A DNA stretch of 32,000 nucleotides from positions 129,420 through 161,419 of the forward strand of contig JBELAL010000004.1 of the NCBI GenBank assembly GCA_049508835.1, written 5' to 3'. The translations under genes were made by a program, and so were the position numbers. The notes beneath the pieces are model-generated. The model was not told where the DNA came from. It did not search any database and was given only the letters and a program-made list of their open reading frames with translations. The stretch is from Holophaga sp. (GTDB taxonomy: Bacteria; Acidobacteriota; Holophagae; Holophagales; Holophagaceae). Each line of letters begins with the position of its first letter. The stretch's first letter is position 1. Below are positions 17,461 to 25,438 of this stretch, one piece after another.

Positions 17461-18321
17461 TTACAGCCCGCTCCAGCTCAGCACGAAGGCCACCATCGAG
17501 GCGCAGATGCAGTAGGTCCCGAACAGGTGCCAGCGTCCCTTCTCCAGCCACGCCGACAGCCACTTCAGGGCCAGCAGCCCGGCGCCGAAGGCGAACACCA
17601 TGCCCAGGAGGCTGGGGCGGAACAGGGCGAACACGTCGACGCCGGCCGCGGCCTCGTGCTGGGCCTTGAGCAGGCGCAGGACCTCGCGGGCGATGATGGG
17701 CGGTGTGATGACCACCGCCATGGCGAAGCTGAACTCCTCCACCCGCCGGCGGGACAGCCCGCGCTGCAGCCCGGTGGAGATGGTGGCCCCGGAACGGGAG
17801 AAGCCCCGGAAGGGCAGGCAGAGGCCCTGCACCGCCCCCATCCAGCAGGCCCCCGGCAGGTCCAGGTCGCGCCCGGTGTCGCCGGAGCGGTGGCTCTTGA
17901 GCCCGGAGACGATGATCAGCCCGCCCACCGCCGCCAGGGAGATGGAGATGAGGGTCAGGTTGCCGAAGATCATCTCGATCTCCGCGTGGGGCGTGCCCCT
18001 CAGCACCCCCTTCTCGATCGCCAGTTTCAGCCCGAGCCCCACCGCCCCGGTAAGCGCTGTGGCGGCCGCAAGCCGGGCCAGGAAGGCCAGGAACGCGCGG
18101 CCGGAACGGAAGAAGGTGTCCCGCCAGGATGTCCAGAAGTAGACAATGACCGCGAACATGGTGCCCGTGTGCAGCATGACCAGGAGCAGGGTCATCTCCG
18201 GGCTGGTCGGATCCAGCCCCAGCAGCTTCTCGACCACGATGACGTGGGCCGAACTGGAGACGGGCAGCAGTTCCGCGGCTCCCTGGACGATGGCGAGAAG
18301 CAGGATGTGGAAGATCGTCAT
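17461..18321 (-). CDS. uppP: Undecaprenyl-diphosphate phosphatase (UppP/BacA)
   Basis: From ATG 18321: MTIFHILLLAIVQGAAELLPVSSSAHVIVVEKLLGLD...GLCLPFRGFSRSGATISTG. It is polytopic and hydrophobic, about 286 aa, with the UppP signature E.LP.SSS.H. The 41-aa upstream extension in the track ORF is not hydrophobic and I rejected it. Confidence 0.9.
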   Translation of the reverse strand: MTIFHILLLAIVQGAAELLPVSSSAHVIVVEKLLGLDPTSPEMTLLLVMLHTGTMFAVIVYFWTSWRDTFFRSGRAFLAFLARLAAATALTGAVGLGLKLAIEKGVLRGTPHAEIEMIFGNLTLISISLAAVGGLIIVSGLKSHRSGDTGRDLDLPGACWMGAVQGLCLPFRGFSRSGATISTGLQRGLSRRRVEEFSFAMAVVITPPIIAREVLRLLKAQHEAAAGVDVFALFRPSLLGMVFAFGAGLLALKWLSAWLEKGRWHLFGTYCICASMVAFVLSWSGL

Positions 18322-18475
18322 GGGAACGGCATCCCGAAATGGATGGCTGCACGCCACCGGGGTCCTGGCAACACGCGGGTCAGGAATGGAATGAGGCGAC
18401 CGTGACCCATGGTAGCAGTTGGGGCGAGGCTCCGTCCCGCCCATTCGGCCCGCCGGGCGGGACCCGGTGCGATGG

Positions 18476-18484
18476 TGCTACAAT
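18476..18484 (+). promoter_or_regulatory. Candidate extended -10 promoter (TGcTACAAT) for the guanine deaminase gene
   Basis: TG (18476-18477) and TACAAT (18479-18484) lie about 48 nt upstream of the GTG start at 18532. No good -35 element is present. Pattern match only. Confidence 0.3.
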
Positions 18485-18531
18485 ATGAGCAGTAGGGGCG
18501 GCTTTGCCGCTCTTTTCATGGAGGCGGGTCC

Positions 18532-19893
18532 GTGCTCTTCCGCGCCCAACTGGTGAGTCCGTACGAACCTATCGGCATCCACCACGAGCCGGACGGCGCC
18601 CTGGTGGTGGACGGGGCGGGGCGCATCGCCGCGGCCGGCCCCTTCGCGGCGGTGTCCGCCGCCAGGCCCGGGGAGGAGGTCCGGGACCTCCGGCCCCACT
18701 GGATCCTGCCCGGGCTGGTGGACCTCCATTCCCACCTGCCCCAGTACGAAGCGGTGGCCATGGACGGCCTGGAGCTGCTGCCCTGGCTCAAGACCCACAT
18801 CTTCCCCGCCGAGATCCGGTTCGAGGACCCGGACTGGGCCGCCCAGGCGGCCCGGACCTATTTCCTCCACCAGCTCGCCCTGGGCACCACCACGTCGGTG
18901 GTGTTCGGCTCCGTGCACCTGGAGGCCACCCACCGGGCCTTCCAGGAGGCGGAGCGGGCCGGGGTCCGCACGGTCCTGGGCAAGGTCATGATGGACCGGA
19001 ACACCCTGGACCGGCTGCAGGAGTCCACCGCCGACTCCCTGGCCCGCAGCGAGGAGCTCTGCGCCGCCTGGCACGGCCGGGACGGGGGGCGCCTGATGTA
19101 CGCCTTCACCCCCCGGTTCGCCCCCACCTGCACGCCGGAACTGCTCCGCGGCGCGGCGCGCCTGGCGGAAAAGCACGGCGCCTACGTGCAGACCCACGTG
19201 AGCGAGAACCTGGACGAGCTGGAGTGGGTCCACGACCTGTTCCCCGGCGCCCGGGACTACACCGACGTCTACGCCGGCGCCGGCCTGCTGGGTCCACGCA
19301 CGCTCCTGGCCCACGGCATCCACCTGGCCCCCGCCGAGCGGGAGGCGATCCGTGCCGCCGGGGCCGCGGTGGTCCACTGCCCCCGGTCCAACGCCTTCCT
19401 GAAGAGCGGCATCATGCCCTTGCGCCGCTGGCTGGAGGAAGGCCTCAAGGTGGGCCTGGGCACCGACGTGGGGGCCGGCCCCAGCCTGGACCTGTGGGCG
19501 GAGATGGCCATGGCCTGCACCGTCTCCAAGCTGCGCTGGGCCGGCCAGCTCAACCAGGCCCGGCGCCTGGAGCGGCTGGGCCTGCCCGAGCCGGAGCGGG
19601 CCCGGATCGCGTCGGCCCTGGCCCTGGATCCCGATCCGCCGGTGGGCCCGGTCCAGGCCTTCGTCCTGGCGACGCTGGGCGGGGCCCGCGCCCTGGGCCT
19701 GGGCGACCGCATCGGCAGCCTGGAAGCCGGCAAGGAAGCCGACTTCATCGTGGTGGACCCGGCCATGGCCGACCCGGCTCCGGACCGGGGCCCCGAGCCG
19801 CCCGGGCAGGTCCTGGGCCGGCTGATGTACCGGGGCGTGGCCGGGATGGTCCGCGCCAGCTACGTGCGAGGCCGCCTGTGCCACAGCGCCTGA
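18532..19893 (+). CDS. guaD: Guanine deaminase (amidohydrolase superfamily)
   Basis: 453 aa from the GTG at 18532 (GGAGG RBS at 18520-18524). It carries the metal-binding motif PGLVDLHSHLPQY, plus THVSENLDELEWV and LGTDVGAG, as in guanine deaminases. Confidence 0.85.
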   Translation: MLFRAQLVSPYEPIGIHHEPDGALVVDGAGRIAAAGPFAAVSAARPGEEVRDLRPHWILPGLVDLHSHLPQYEAVAMDGLELLPWLKTHIFPAEIRFEDPDWAAQAARTYFLHQLALGTTTSVVFGSVHLEATHRAFQEAERAGVRTVLGKVMMDRNTLDRLQESTADSLARSEELCAAWHGRDGGRLMYAFTPRFAPTCTPELLRGAARLAEKHGAYVQTHVSENLDELEWVHDLFPGARDYTDVYAGAGLLGPRTLLAHGIHLAPAEREAIRAAGAAVVHCPRSNAFLKSGIMPLRRWLEEGLKVGLGTDVGAGPSLDLWAEMAMACTVSKLRWAGQLNQARRLERLGLPEPERARIASALALDPDPPVGPVQAFVLATLGGARALGLGDRIGSLEAGKEADFIVVDPAMADPAPDRGPEPPGQVLGRLMYRGVAGMVRASYVRGRLCHSA

Positions 19894-20561
19894 TCCCGCG
19901 GGAGTTCTACCTGCGGCCGGTGGTGGAGGTGGCACGGGACCTCCTGGGCCGCCACCTGCGCCACTTCGATGTGGTGCTGCGCATCACCGAGGTGGAGGCC
20001 TACGCGGGCCAGGACGACACCGCCAGCCACTGCCGCTCGGGCCGCACCCCCCGCAACGCCCCCATGTGGGAGGAGGGGGGCCGCGCCTACGTGTACTTCT
20101 GCTACGGCATGCACCACATGCTCAACATCGTCACCGGCCCGGCGGGGGACGGCTCGGCCATCCTCATTCGCGGCTGTGAGCCGGTGGCGGGGCTGGAACT
20201 GGTGCGCCGGCGCCGGTGCGGCCCGGGCGGGCAGGCTCCGACCGGACCGGCGCTGCTCACCGGACCGGGCAAGGTGGCCCAGGCCCTGGGGGTGGACCTG
20301 AGCTTCACCCGCCACCTCCTGTACCGGGAGGGCGGACTGGAACTGCGGGAGGGGACGCCCCCGGCCGGGGTCCTGAGCGGCCCGCGGGTGGGGGTCGATT
20401 TCGCCTCCGACCTGGACCGGGCCCGGCCCTGGCGGTTCGCCCTGGCCGGAAGCCTCTGGGTCAGCCAGCCCAGAGGTCTGGCCCCGGACCTTACCGGAGC
20501 GGCAAATGATGGGCAGCCGGCCGCTACCGGGCCTGCTGCTCCAGGTACCCGCCCAAGGTGA
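19878..20561 (+). CDS. mpg: DNA-3-methyladenine glycosylase (Mpg/AAG family)
   Basis: This is the last 227 codons of track ORF 18504-20561. The in-frame GTG at 19878 gives MPQRLIPREFYLRPVVEVARDLLGRHL...ITEVEAYAGQDDTASHCRSGRTPRNAPMW..GRAYVYFCYGMHHMLNIV...GPGKVAQALGV, which is collinear with Mpg. It overlaps the end of guaD by 16 nt. The upstream part of that frame is an Arg/Pro/Gly-rich shadow of guaD. Confidence 0.8.
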   Translation: MPQRLIPREFYLRPVVEVARDLLGRHLRHFDVVLRITEVEAYAGQDDTASHCRSGRTPRNAPMWEEGGRAYVYFCYGMHHMLNIVTGPAGDGSAILIRGCEPVAGLELVRRRRCGPGGQAPTGPALLTGPGKVAQALGVDLSFTRHLLYREGGLELREGTPPAGVLSGPRVGVDFASDLDRARPWRFALAGSLWVSQPRGLAPDLTGAANDGQPAATGPAAPGTRPR

Positions 20562-21843
20562 GGATCCGTCCTTCAAGACCCAGCTCAGCCCTGGCTTCAT
20601 CCAAGGCATCCTGTTCCCGTTCGAGGGTCTCCGGAGCGCCTGCCTCCCAGCAGGCCTGGATCAGTTCCCGGCGGCCGTCCGGATGGCGGGCCACGAAGTC
20701 CACCTCCTTCCCGGACCGGGTCAGGTAGTAGGCCACCTCGCACCCCTCCCGGCGCAGGTCCAGGTAGACCAGGTTCTCGAACCGCTGCCCCAGGTCCTCG
20801 CCGCCCATGCGGAAGGCCGCGACCAGCCCGGGGTCCACCCCATAGATCTTTTTCGGCGCGGTCTCGGCCCTGCGCGGCGATGCTTCGTGCAAGGGCACCC
20901 CGAAGCACAGGAAGGCATCCTCGAAGTGGCCCAGGTAATCGTAGAGGGTGTTCTTGCCCACCTCGCGGCCCTGGCTGCGCAGGTCGTTGTGCAGCTTGTT
21001 GAGGGAAAGGGAGCGCCCGACGCTGCGGAGCAAGGTGCGGGTCAAGCAGCGCGCCAGGGCCAGGTTGGTGATGCCGTGGCGCTCCACCACGTCCCGGAGC
21101 ACCACCACGTCCACGTAATCCTGGAGCAGCCGCAGGCGCAGGGAAGGCTCCAGGCCGCGCACTTCCGGGAAGCCGCCTTCCTCCAGGTAGGCCTTCAGCA
21201 GGGGCCGCAGCCGGTCCAGGGCCCGCTGCCCGTACGGCGGCCGGGGCAGATGGACCTCCCGGCGGGGTTCCCCGGCGGCCAGCCACTCCCTGAAACCGTA
21301 AGGCCATACTTCGGTGGCCAGGGATCCCTCCCGCAGTTCGGTGGCGATCTCCCGGCTCAGCATCTTGGCGCTTGAACCGGTGAGGTAGAGACGCACTTTG
21401 CGCGTATCCTGCAGCCGTCGCACCAGCCGGGACCATTCCGGGAGCGCATGGACCTCATCCAGGAACAGGTGGACGGTGCGATCGTGGTTTCCGGGAAAGC
21501 GGGCGTAGAGCGCATCGACGATCCCGGCCGCTCCCGCGGTGTCGATCGGCTGCAGGCGATCGTCCTCGAAGTCCAGGAACAGGATGGAGTCTTCCGGGGT
21601 TCCCTGGGCCACCAGATCCTGCATGGCCTGGATCATCAGGCAAGTCTTCCCGGTGCGGCGCATCCCGACGGCCGCCGCGATGCGTTCGCCCGGCGCCGCG
21701 AGGTGGACCTGCCGTCGGACCAGGGAACGGGCAAGCCGGGCCCGGTTCTCCTCCATCAGGGTGACGACCCGATCTTCCACTTGTCCTTCTCTATGAGGAA
21801 AGGTATGCCTATCTTTGTCCTCTTGCAAGAGGAAAAGATCCAT
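20524..21843 (-). CDS. AAA-family ATPase with a DUF4143-type C-terminal domain
   Basis: It has the P-loop GMRRTGKTCL, the Walker B motif LFLDEVHALPEW, and then YLTGSSAKMLSREIATELRE..., typical of AAA_14/DUF4143 proteins. The start is uncertain. ATG 21843 has an AGGAG RBS, but the first 22 or so codons have low GC3. ATG 21756 would give the usual 30 or so residues before the P-loop. Confidence 0.8.
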   Translation of the reverse strand: MDLFLLQEDKDRHTFPHREGQVEDRVVTLMEENRARLARSLVRRQVHLAAPGERIAAAVGMRRTGKTCLMIQAMQDLVAQGTPEDSILFLDFEDDRLQPIDTAGAAGIVDALYARFPGNHDRTVHLFLDEVHALPEWSRLVRRLQDTRKVRLYLTGSSAKMLSREIATELREGSLATEVWPYGFREWLAAGEPRREVHLPRPPYGQRALDRLRPLLKAYLEEGGFPEVRGLEPSLRLRLLQDYVDVVVLRDVVERHGITNLALARCLTRTLLRSVGRSLSLNKLHNDLRSQGREVGKNTLYDYLGHFEDAFLCFGVPLHEASPRRAETAPKKIYGVDPGLVAAFRMGGEDLGQRFENLVYLDLRREGCEVAYYLTRSGKEVDFVARHPDGRRELIQACWEAGAPETLEREQDALDEARAELGLEGRILTLGGYLEQQAR

Positions 21844-22034
21844 TTTTTTGTCTCCTTGAAGAAGGAAACTCTGCCCAAGCCTCGAAGGTCGGCGCCCAAG
21901 CGCCACCCTGAACGCGCCGGCCGGAACCTGCCAGTGCCAGACACGGGCGATCGATGTTGGTCGAATGCAACGGTGCTAAAGTCTGGGACGCAACCGTGCC
22001 TGCCGCCCTTTTCTCAACCTTCCTGGAGGTTCCC

Positions 22035-22847
22035 ATGCCGGTCCAAGCTGAATGGGTCCGTTACGGCCAGCACTCGGCCTTTCTCGCACGTCCGGAGGGG
22101 GTCTCCTCCCCCCTGCCGGCGGTCCTGGTGATCCAGGAGATCTGGGGGGTGGACGGGCACATCGAGGACGTGACCCGGCGGATCGCCGCGTCCGGGTACG
22201 CGGCCTTGGCCCCGGACCTCTACGCCGTCAACGGCGAGCGCCCCCGGCCCCTGGTGCGGGAGCGGGTGGCCGGGGTGATGGCGTTCATGAACACCCTGGC
22301 CCCGGCCGTCTTCGGGGACCCGGAGGCCCGGGCCAAGGCCATGGCCGTCCTGCCCCAGCCGGAGCGGGGCCGGATGGAGGAGTCGTACGGGGCCCTGTTC
22401 GGGCACATCGGCAAGCTGGAGCAGTTCGTGCCGGCCCTGCGCGCCGCCGCGGCCCACCTGCGCCGGGACTGCGCGGCCTCGGCCGGGCAGAAGGTGGGCT
22501 GCGTCGGCTTCTGCATGGGCGGGGGGCTCACCGCCCTGCTGGCCTGCGAGGAGCCGGAACTGGCCGCGGGGGCCATCTTCTACGGCAGCGCCCCACCCCT
22601 GGAGCGGGTGACCCGGATTCCCTGCCCCATGGCCGGGTTCTACGGGAGCCTGGATGCCCGCGTCAATGCCGGCCTGCCGGCCTTCGCCGAGGCCATGCGT
22701 TCCGCCGGCAAGGCCTTCGAGTACCAGGTCTATGATGGGGCGGCCCACGCCTTCTTCAACGACACCCGGCCCAGCTACCACGTGGGGGCCGCCCGGGATT
22801 CCTTCGCGCGGCTGCTGGAGTTCTTCCGGCGCAACCTGGCTCCATGA
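22035..22847 (+). CDS. Dienelactone hydrolase family protein (alpha/beta hydrolase)
   Basis: From ATG 22035 (GGAGG RBS): MPVQAEWVRYGQHSAFLARPEG...PAVLVIQEIWGVDGHIEDVTRRIAASGYAALAPDLY. It carries the nucleophile motif GCVGFCMGGG and ...AAHAFFND. Confidence 0.85.
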   Translation: MPVQAEWVRYGQHSAFLARPEGVSSPLPAVLVIQEIWGVDGHIEDVTRRIAASGYAALAPDLYAVNGERPRPLVRERVAGVMAFMNTLAPAVFGDPEARAKAMAVLPQPERGRMEESYGALFGHIGKLEQFVPALRAAAAHLRRDCAASAGQKVGCVGFCMGGGLTALLACEEPELAAGAIFYGSAPPLERVTRIPCPMAGFYGSLDARVNAGLPAFAEAMRSAGKAFEYQVYDGAAHAFFNDTRPSYHVGAARDSFARLLEFFRRNLAP

Positions 22848-24016
22848 CCACGGCGACGGAGCCGGGGGCCGACTTCCTGGTCATGGCCAAGCCGGCCGGG
22901 GCACGCTGCAACCTCCGCTGCGCCTACTGCTACTACCTGCCCAAGGCCGGGCTGCTGGCCCAGCCCCCCGCGCCGCGCATGGACGAGGACCTGCTGGAGG
23001 ACTTCATCCGCCAGCGCCTGGAGGCCTCCCCGGGCCCCGCCACCCATTTCGAGTGGCATGGGGGCGAGCCCACCCTGCTGGGGCTGGACTACTTCCGGCA
23101 CATCGTCGCCCTGCAGAAGGCCCATTGCCCCCCGGGACGCAGCGTCACCAACGGCTTGCAGACCAACGGCACCCTCCTGGACGACGCCTGGGCCCGGTTC
23201 CTGGCCGCCGGGCGGTTCTCGGTGGGGCTGAGCCTGGATGGCCCCGCCGACGTCCACGACCTCTTCCGCCCCACCCGGGACCGCCGGCCCACCCACGCCC
23301 AGGTGATCCAGGCCTTCCGCCTGCTGCGGCGGTACGGGGTGCACTGCGACCTGCTCTGCGTGGTGCACGCGGGCAACGCCGGGTCGCCCCTGGAGGTGTA
23401 CCGGTTCTTCCGGGAACTGGGGGCCACCCACCTGCAGTTCCTGCCCCTGGTGCAGCCGGCCGGGGGCCGGGAGGCGGCGCCGCCGGAGGCGGTGGGCACG
23501 TTCCTGTGCCAGGTGTTCGACGACTGGATCCGCCACGACCTGGGCCGGATCGTCGTCCAGACCTTCGACGAGGCGTTCCGGACGGCCTGCGGCCTTTCCC
23601 ACGCCCTGTGCGTGTTCCGGGAGACCTGCGGGGACGTGCTGGTACTGGAGCACGACGGGGGCGTCTACGCCTGCGACCACTTCGTGGACCCGGAGCACCG
23701 CCTGGGCGACCTGCGCCGGGACCCCCTGGCCCGGCTCGCGGCCCATCCGGACCAGGTCCGGTTCGGACTGCGCAAGCGGGACGCCCTGCCCTCCCGGTGC
23801 CGGACCTGCGATGTGCTGGCCTACTGCAACGGCGGCTGTCCCAAAGACCGCCTGGGTGCCGAAGCCCCCGGCGAACCCGGGGTCAGCCTGCTCTGCCCAG
23901 CCTACCGGCGCTTCTTCCGCCACGCCCGCCCGGCGCTGGCCCGGCTCGCGGCCCATTGGAAGGCCGGGAGGCCGCTGCGGGAGTTCGGCGCGGGCCGCCG
24001 GGCGTCGCACCCTTGA
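22844..24016 (+). CDS. Radical SAM/SPASM enzyme, anaerobic sulfatase-maturase-like
   Basis: 390 aa. The N-terminus FLVMAKPAGARCNLRCAYCYY carries the CX3CX2C motif in an anSME-type context. It also has WHGGEPTLLG and a C-terminal Cys-rich SPASM region (...CRTCDVLAYCNGGCPKDR...). Its ATG overlaps the upstream stop (ATGA at 22844-22847). Confidence 0.85.
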   Translation: MTTATEPGADFLVMAKPAGARCNLRCAYCYYLPKAGLLAQPPAPRMDEDLLEDFIRQRLEASPGPATHFEWHGGEPTLLGLDYFRHIVALQKAHCPPGRSVTNGLQTNGTLLDDAWARFLAAGRFSVGLSLDGPADVHDLFRPTRDRRPTHAQVIQAFRLLRRYGVHCDLLCVVHAGNAGSPLEVYRFFRELGATHLQFLPLVQPAGGREAAPPEAVGTFLCQVFDDWIRHDLGRIVVQTFDEAFRTACGLSHALCVFRETCGDVLVLEHDGGVYACDHFVDPEHRLGDLRRDPLARLAAHPDQVRFGLRKRDALPSRCRTCDVLAYCNGGCPKDRLGAEAPGEPGVSLLCPAYRRFFRHARPALARLAAHWKAGRPLREFGAGRRASHP

Positions 24017-25165
24017 TCAGGGCTCGGTGCCTTCCGAGAGAACATTGAGCACTCGTTCATAGGAAAACAGGCGATTCCGCAGGCCGCCGGTAATTTCCTT
24101 CAGGAGACCGAGTTTAACCAAATGATCCAAGGCCTTGTTGGCAGTGGCAGGAGTCAGTCCCTCGGACTTGCAGATCGCGGCGGAGGAACTGATCGGATGA
24201 CCCTGGAGGTAGTGAAGCACCTGAACCACGGAAGCCGCCAATTTTGCCCCTTGGATGATCTTCCGGTCCTCCGTGAACAAGGCGAGCAGTCTCTTGGCCG
24301 TAGCCACGGCACCATCGGATGTCTCGGCTACTCCCTGGAAAAAGAAATCCAGCCATGATTCCCAATCACCCTCCAGCCGGACCTTTTGGAGGAGTTCGTA
24401 ATAGGTGGCACGATGTGCTTTCAAGAACAGGCTGAGGTACAGCATCGGGTCCTTCAGAACGCCCTCGTTGCTCAGGATCAATGTAATCAAAAGACGACCG
24501 ACCCGGCCGTTGCCATCCAGGAAGGGGTGCATGGTTTCGAACTGGACGTGGGCAAGGGCCGCCTTGGTCAAGGCATCCATATCACTATGCAGAAATGTTT
24601 CCCACGCACTTAGGCATTCCGGCAGAGCCTCGTGGGGGGGTGGCACGAAGGCGGCATTGCCGGGACGGCTTCCTCCGATCCAATTCTGGCTGCGCCTGAA
24701 CTCGCCCGGCTGCTTGATACTGCCTCTGCCCCGGGAGAGCAGCACCTGATGTATTTCGCGGACCAGACGAAGACAGAGCGGAAAGCCGCCATGCAGACGC
24801 TTGAGGCCATGTGTCAAGGCAGTCACATAGTTGGATACCTCCACCACATCGTCCATGGGCGCCCCTGGAGCTTGGGCGTTCTCGAACGCCAGCAAGTCCG
24901 AGAGGGAAGACTGGGGGCCTTCGATCTGGGATGACAGCACCGCTTCCTTGCGCACGTAGCTGTACAGAAACAGAGCGGGTTCTGGCAATAGGGCGGTCAC
25001 CCCATCCAGTCGGCCAACCGCCGTAGCGGCTCGCTGCTGGGCCCTGAACAGAGGTGGCGTCCACTGTACAGGTGGTGCAGGCGGGAGCGGTGCGGGTACG
25101 AAAGCTTGGACAGACTCGCCTTGGGTGGTCTGCGTCACGAACGTGCCGGTGGAAGCTCGCAGCAT
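24017..25165 (-). CDS. Fic family protein (class II; N-terminal inhibitory motif, C-terminal winged-helix-like tail)
   Basis: From ATG 25165 it is 382 aa. The Fic core motif is HPFLDGNGRVGRLL. The inhibitory-helix motif SSQIEG ([ST]xxxE[GN]) lies N-terminal to the core. The G+C content is visibly lower than in neighbouring genes. The track extension to 25252 runs through an AT-rich palindrome and I rejected it. Confidence 0.9.
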   Translation of the reverse strand: MLRASTGTFVTQTTQGESVQAFVPAPLPPAPPVQWTPPLFRAQQRAATAVGRLDGVTALLPEPALFLYSYVRKEAVLSSQIEGPQSSLSDLLAFENAQAPGAPMDDVVEVSNYVTALTHGLKRLHGGFPLCLRLVREIHQVLLSRGRGSIKQPGEFRRSQNWIGGSRPGNAAFVPPPHEALPECLSAWETFLHSDMDALTKAALAHVQFETMHPFLDGNGRVGRLLITLILSNEGVLKDPMLYLSLFLKAHRATYYELLQKVRLEGDWESWLDFFFQGVAETSDGAVATAKRLLALFTEDRKIIQGAKLAASVVQVLHYLQGHPISSSAAICKSEGLTPATANKALDHLVKLGLLKEITGGLRNRLFSYERVLNVLSEGTEP

Positions 25166-25184
25166 GAGGGCTCTTTTAGGAATT

Positions 25185-25233
25185 AAAATAAGACGGAGGC
25201 TTATTTTAGAAAACCACGATTTTCTAAAATAAG
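25185..25233. promoter_or_regulatory. Perfect 14-bp inverted repeat (CTTATTTTAGAAAA-N6-TTTTCTAAAATAAG) plus an extra AAAATAAG half-site, immediately upstream of fic
   Basis: Read directly from the sequence: the 14-bp arms are at 25200-25213 and 25220-25233, and an additional AAAATAAG is at 25185-25192. The repeat is AT-rich and lies 20-70 nt upstream of the fic ATG (25165). It is a likely operator and promoter region. Confidence 0.5.
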
Positions 25234-25345
25234 GGCAAGGGGGGGCTGTCAACCAGCGCTAGGGCTCGTCTCCTGTGCAAGGATGAGCTTCCAGGGGCCC
25301 AAAGGCTGGTCCGCCTGTGCCAGGACCCTCCCGCTGGTTTTACCC

Positions 25346-25374
25346 TTGAGCGGAAAGCAAGACCGGGATAGACT
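25346..25374 (+). promoter_or_regulatory. Candidate sigma70-like promoter for rpmE
   Basis: TTGAGC (25346-25351), then 17 nt, then TAGACT (25369-25374), about 65 nt upstream of the rpmE ATG. Weak match only. Confidence 0.25.
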
Positions 25375-25438
25375 TTCCGTTCATGCGTGAACAAGCCGCG
25401 CGCCATGGCGTGCGTGCGGTCGGTTCCAGGAGGCCCCG

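Noticed and set aside
18504-19877. N-terminal 458 codons of the 685-aa ORF 18504-20561
   Set aside because: This part is an Arg/Pro/Gly-rich shadow of the guanine deaminase frame. Only the portion from the GTG at 19878 onward shows 3-methyladenine glycosylase homology.
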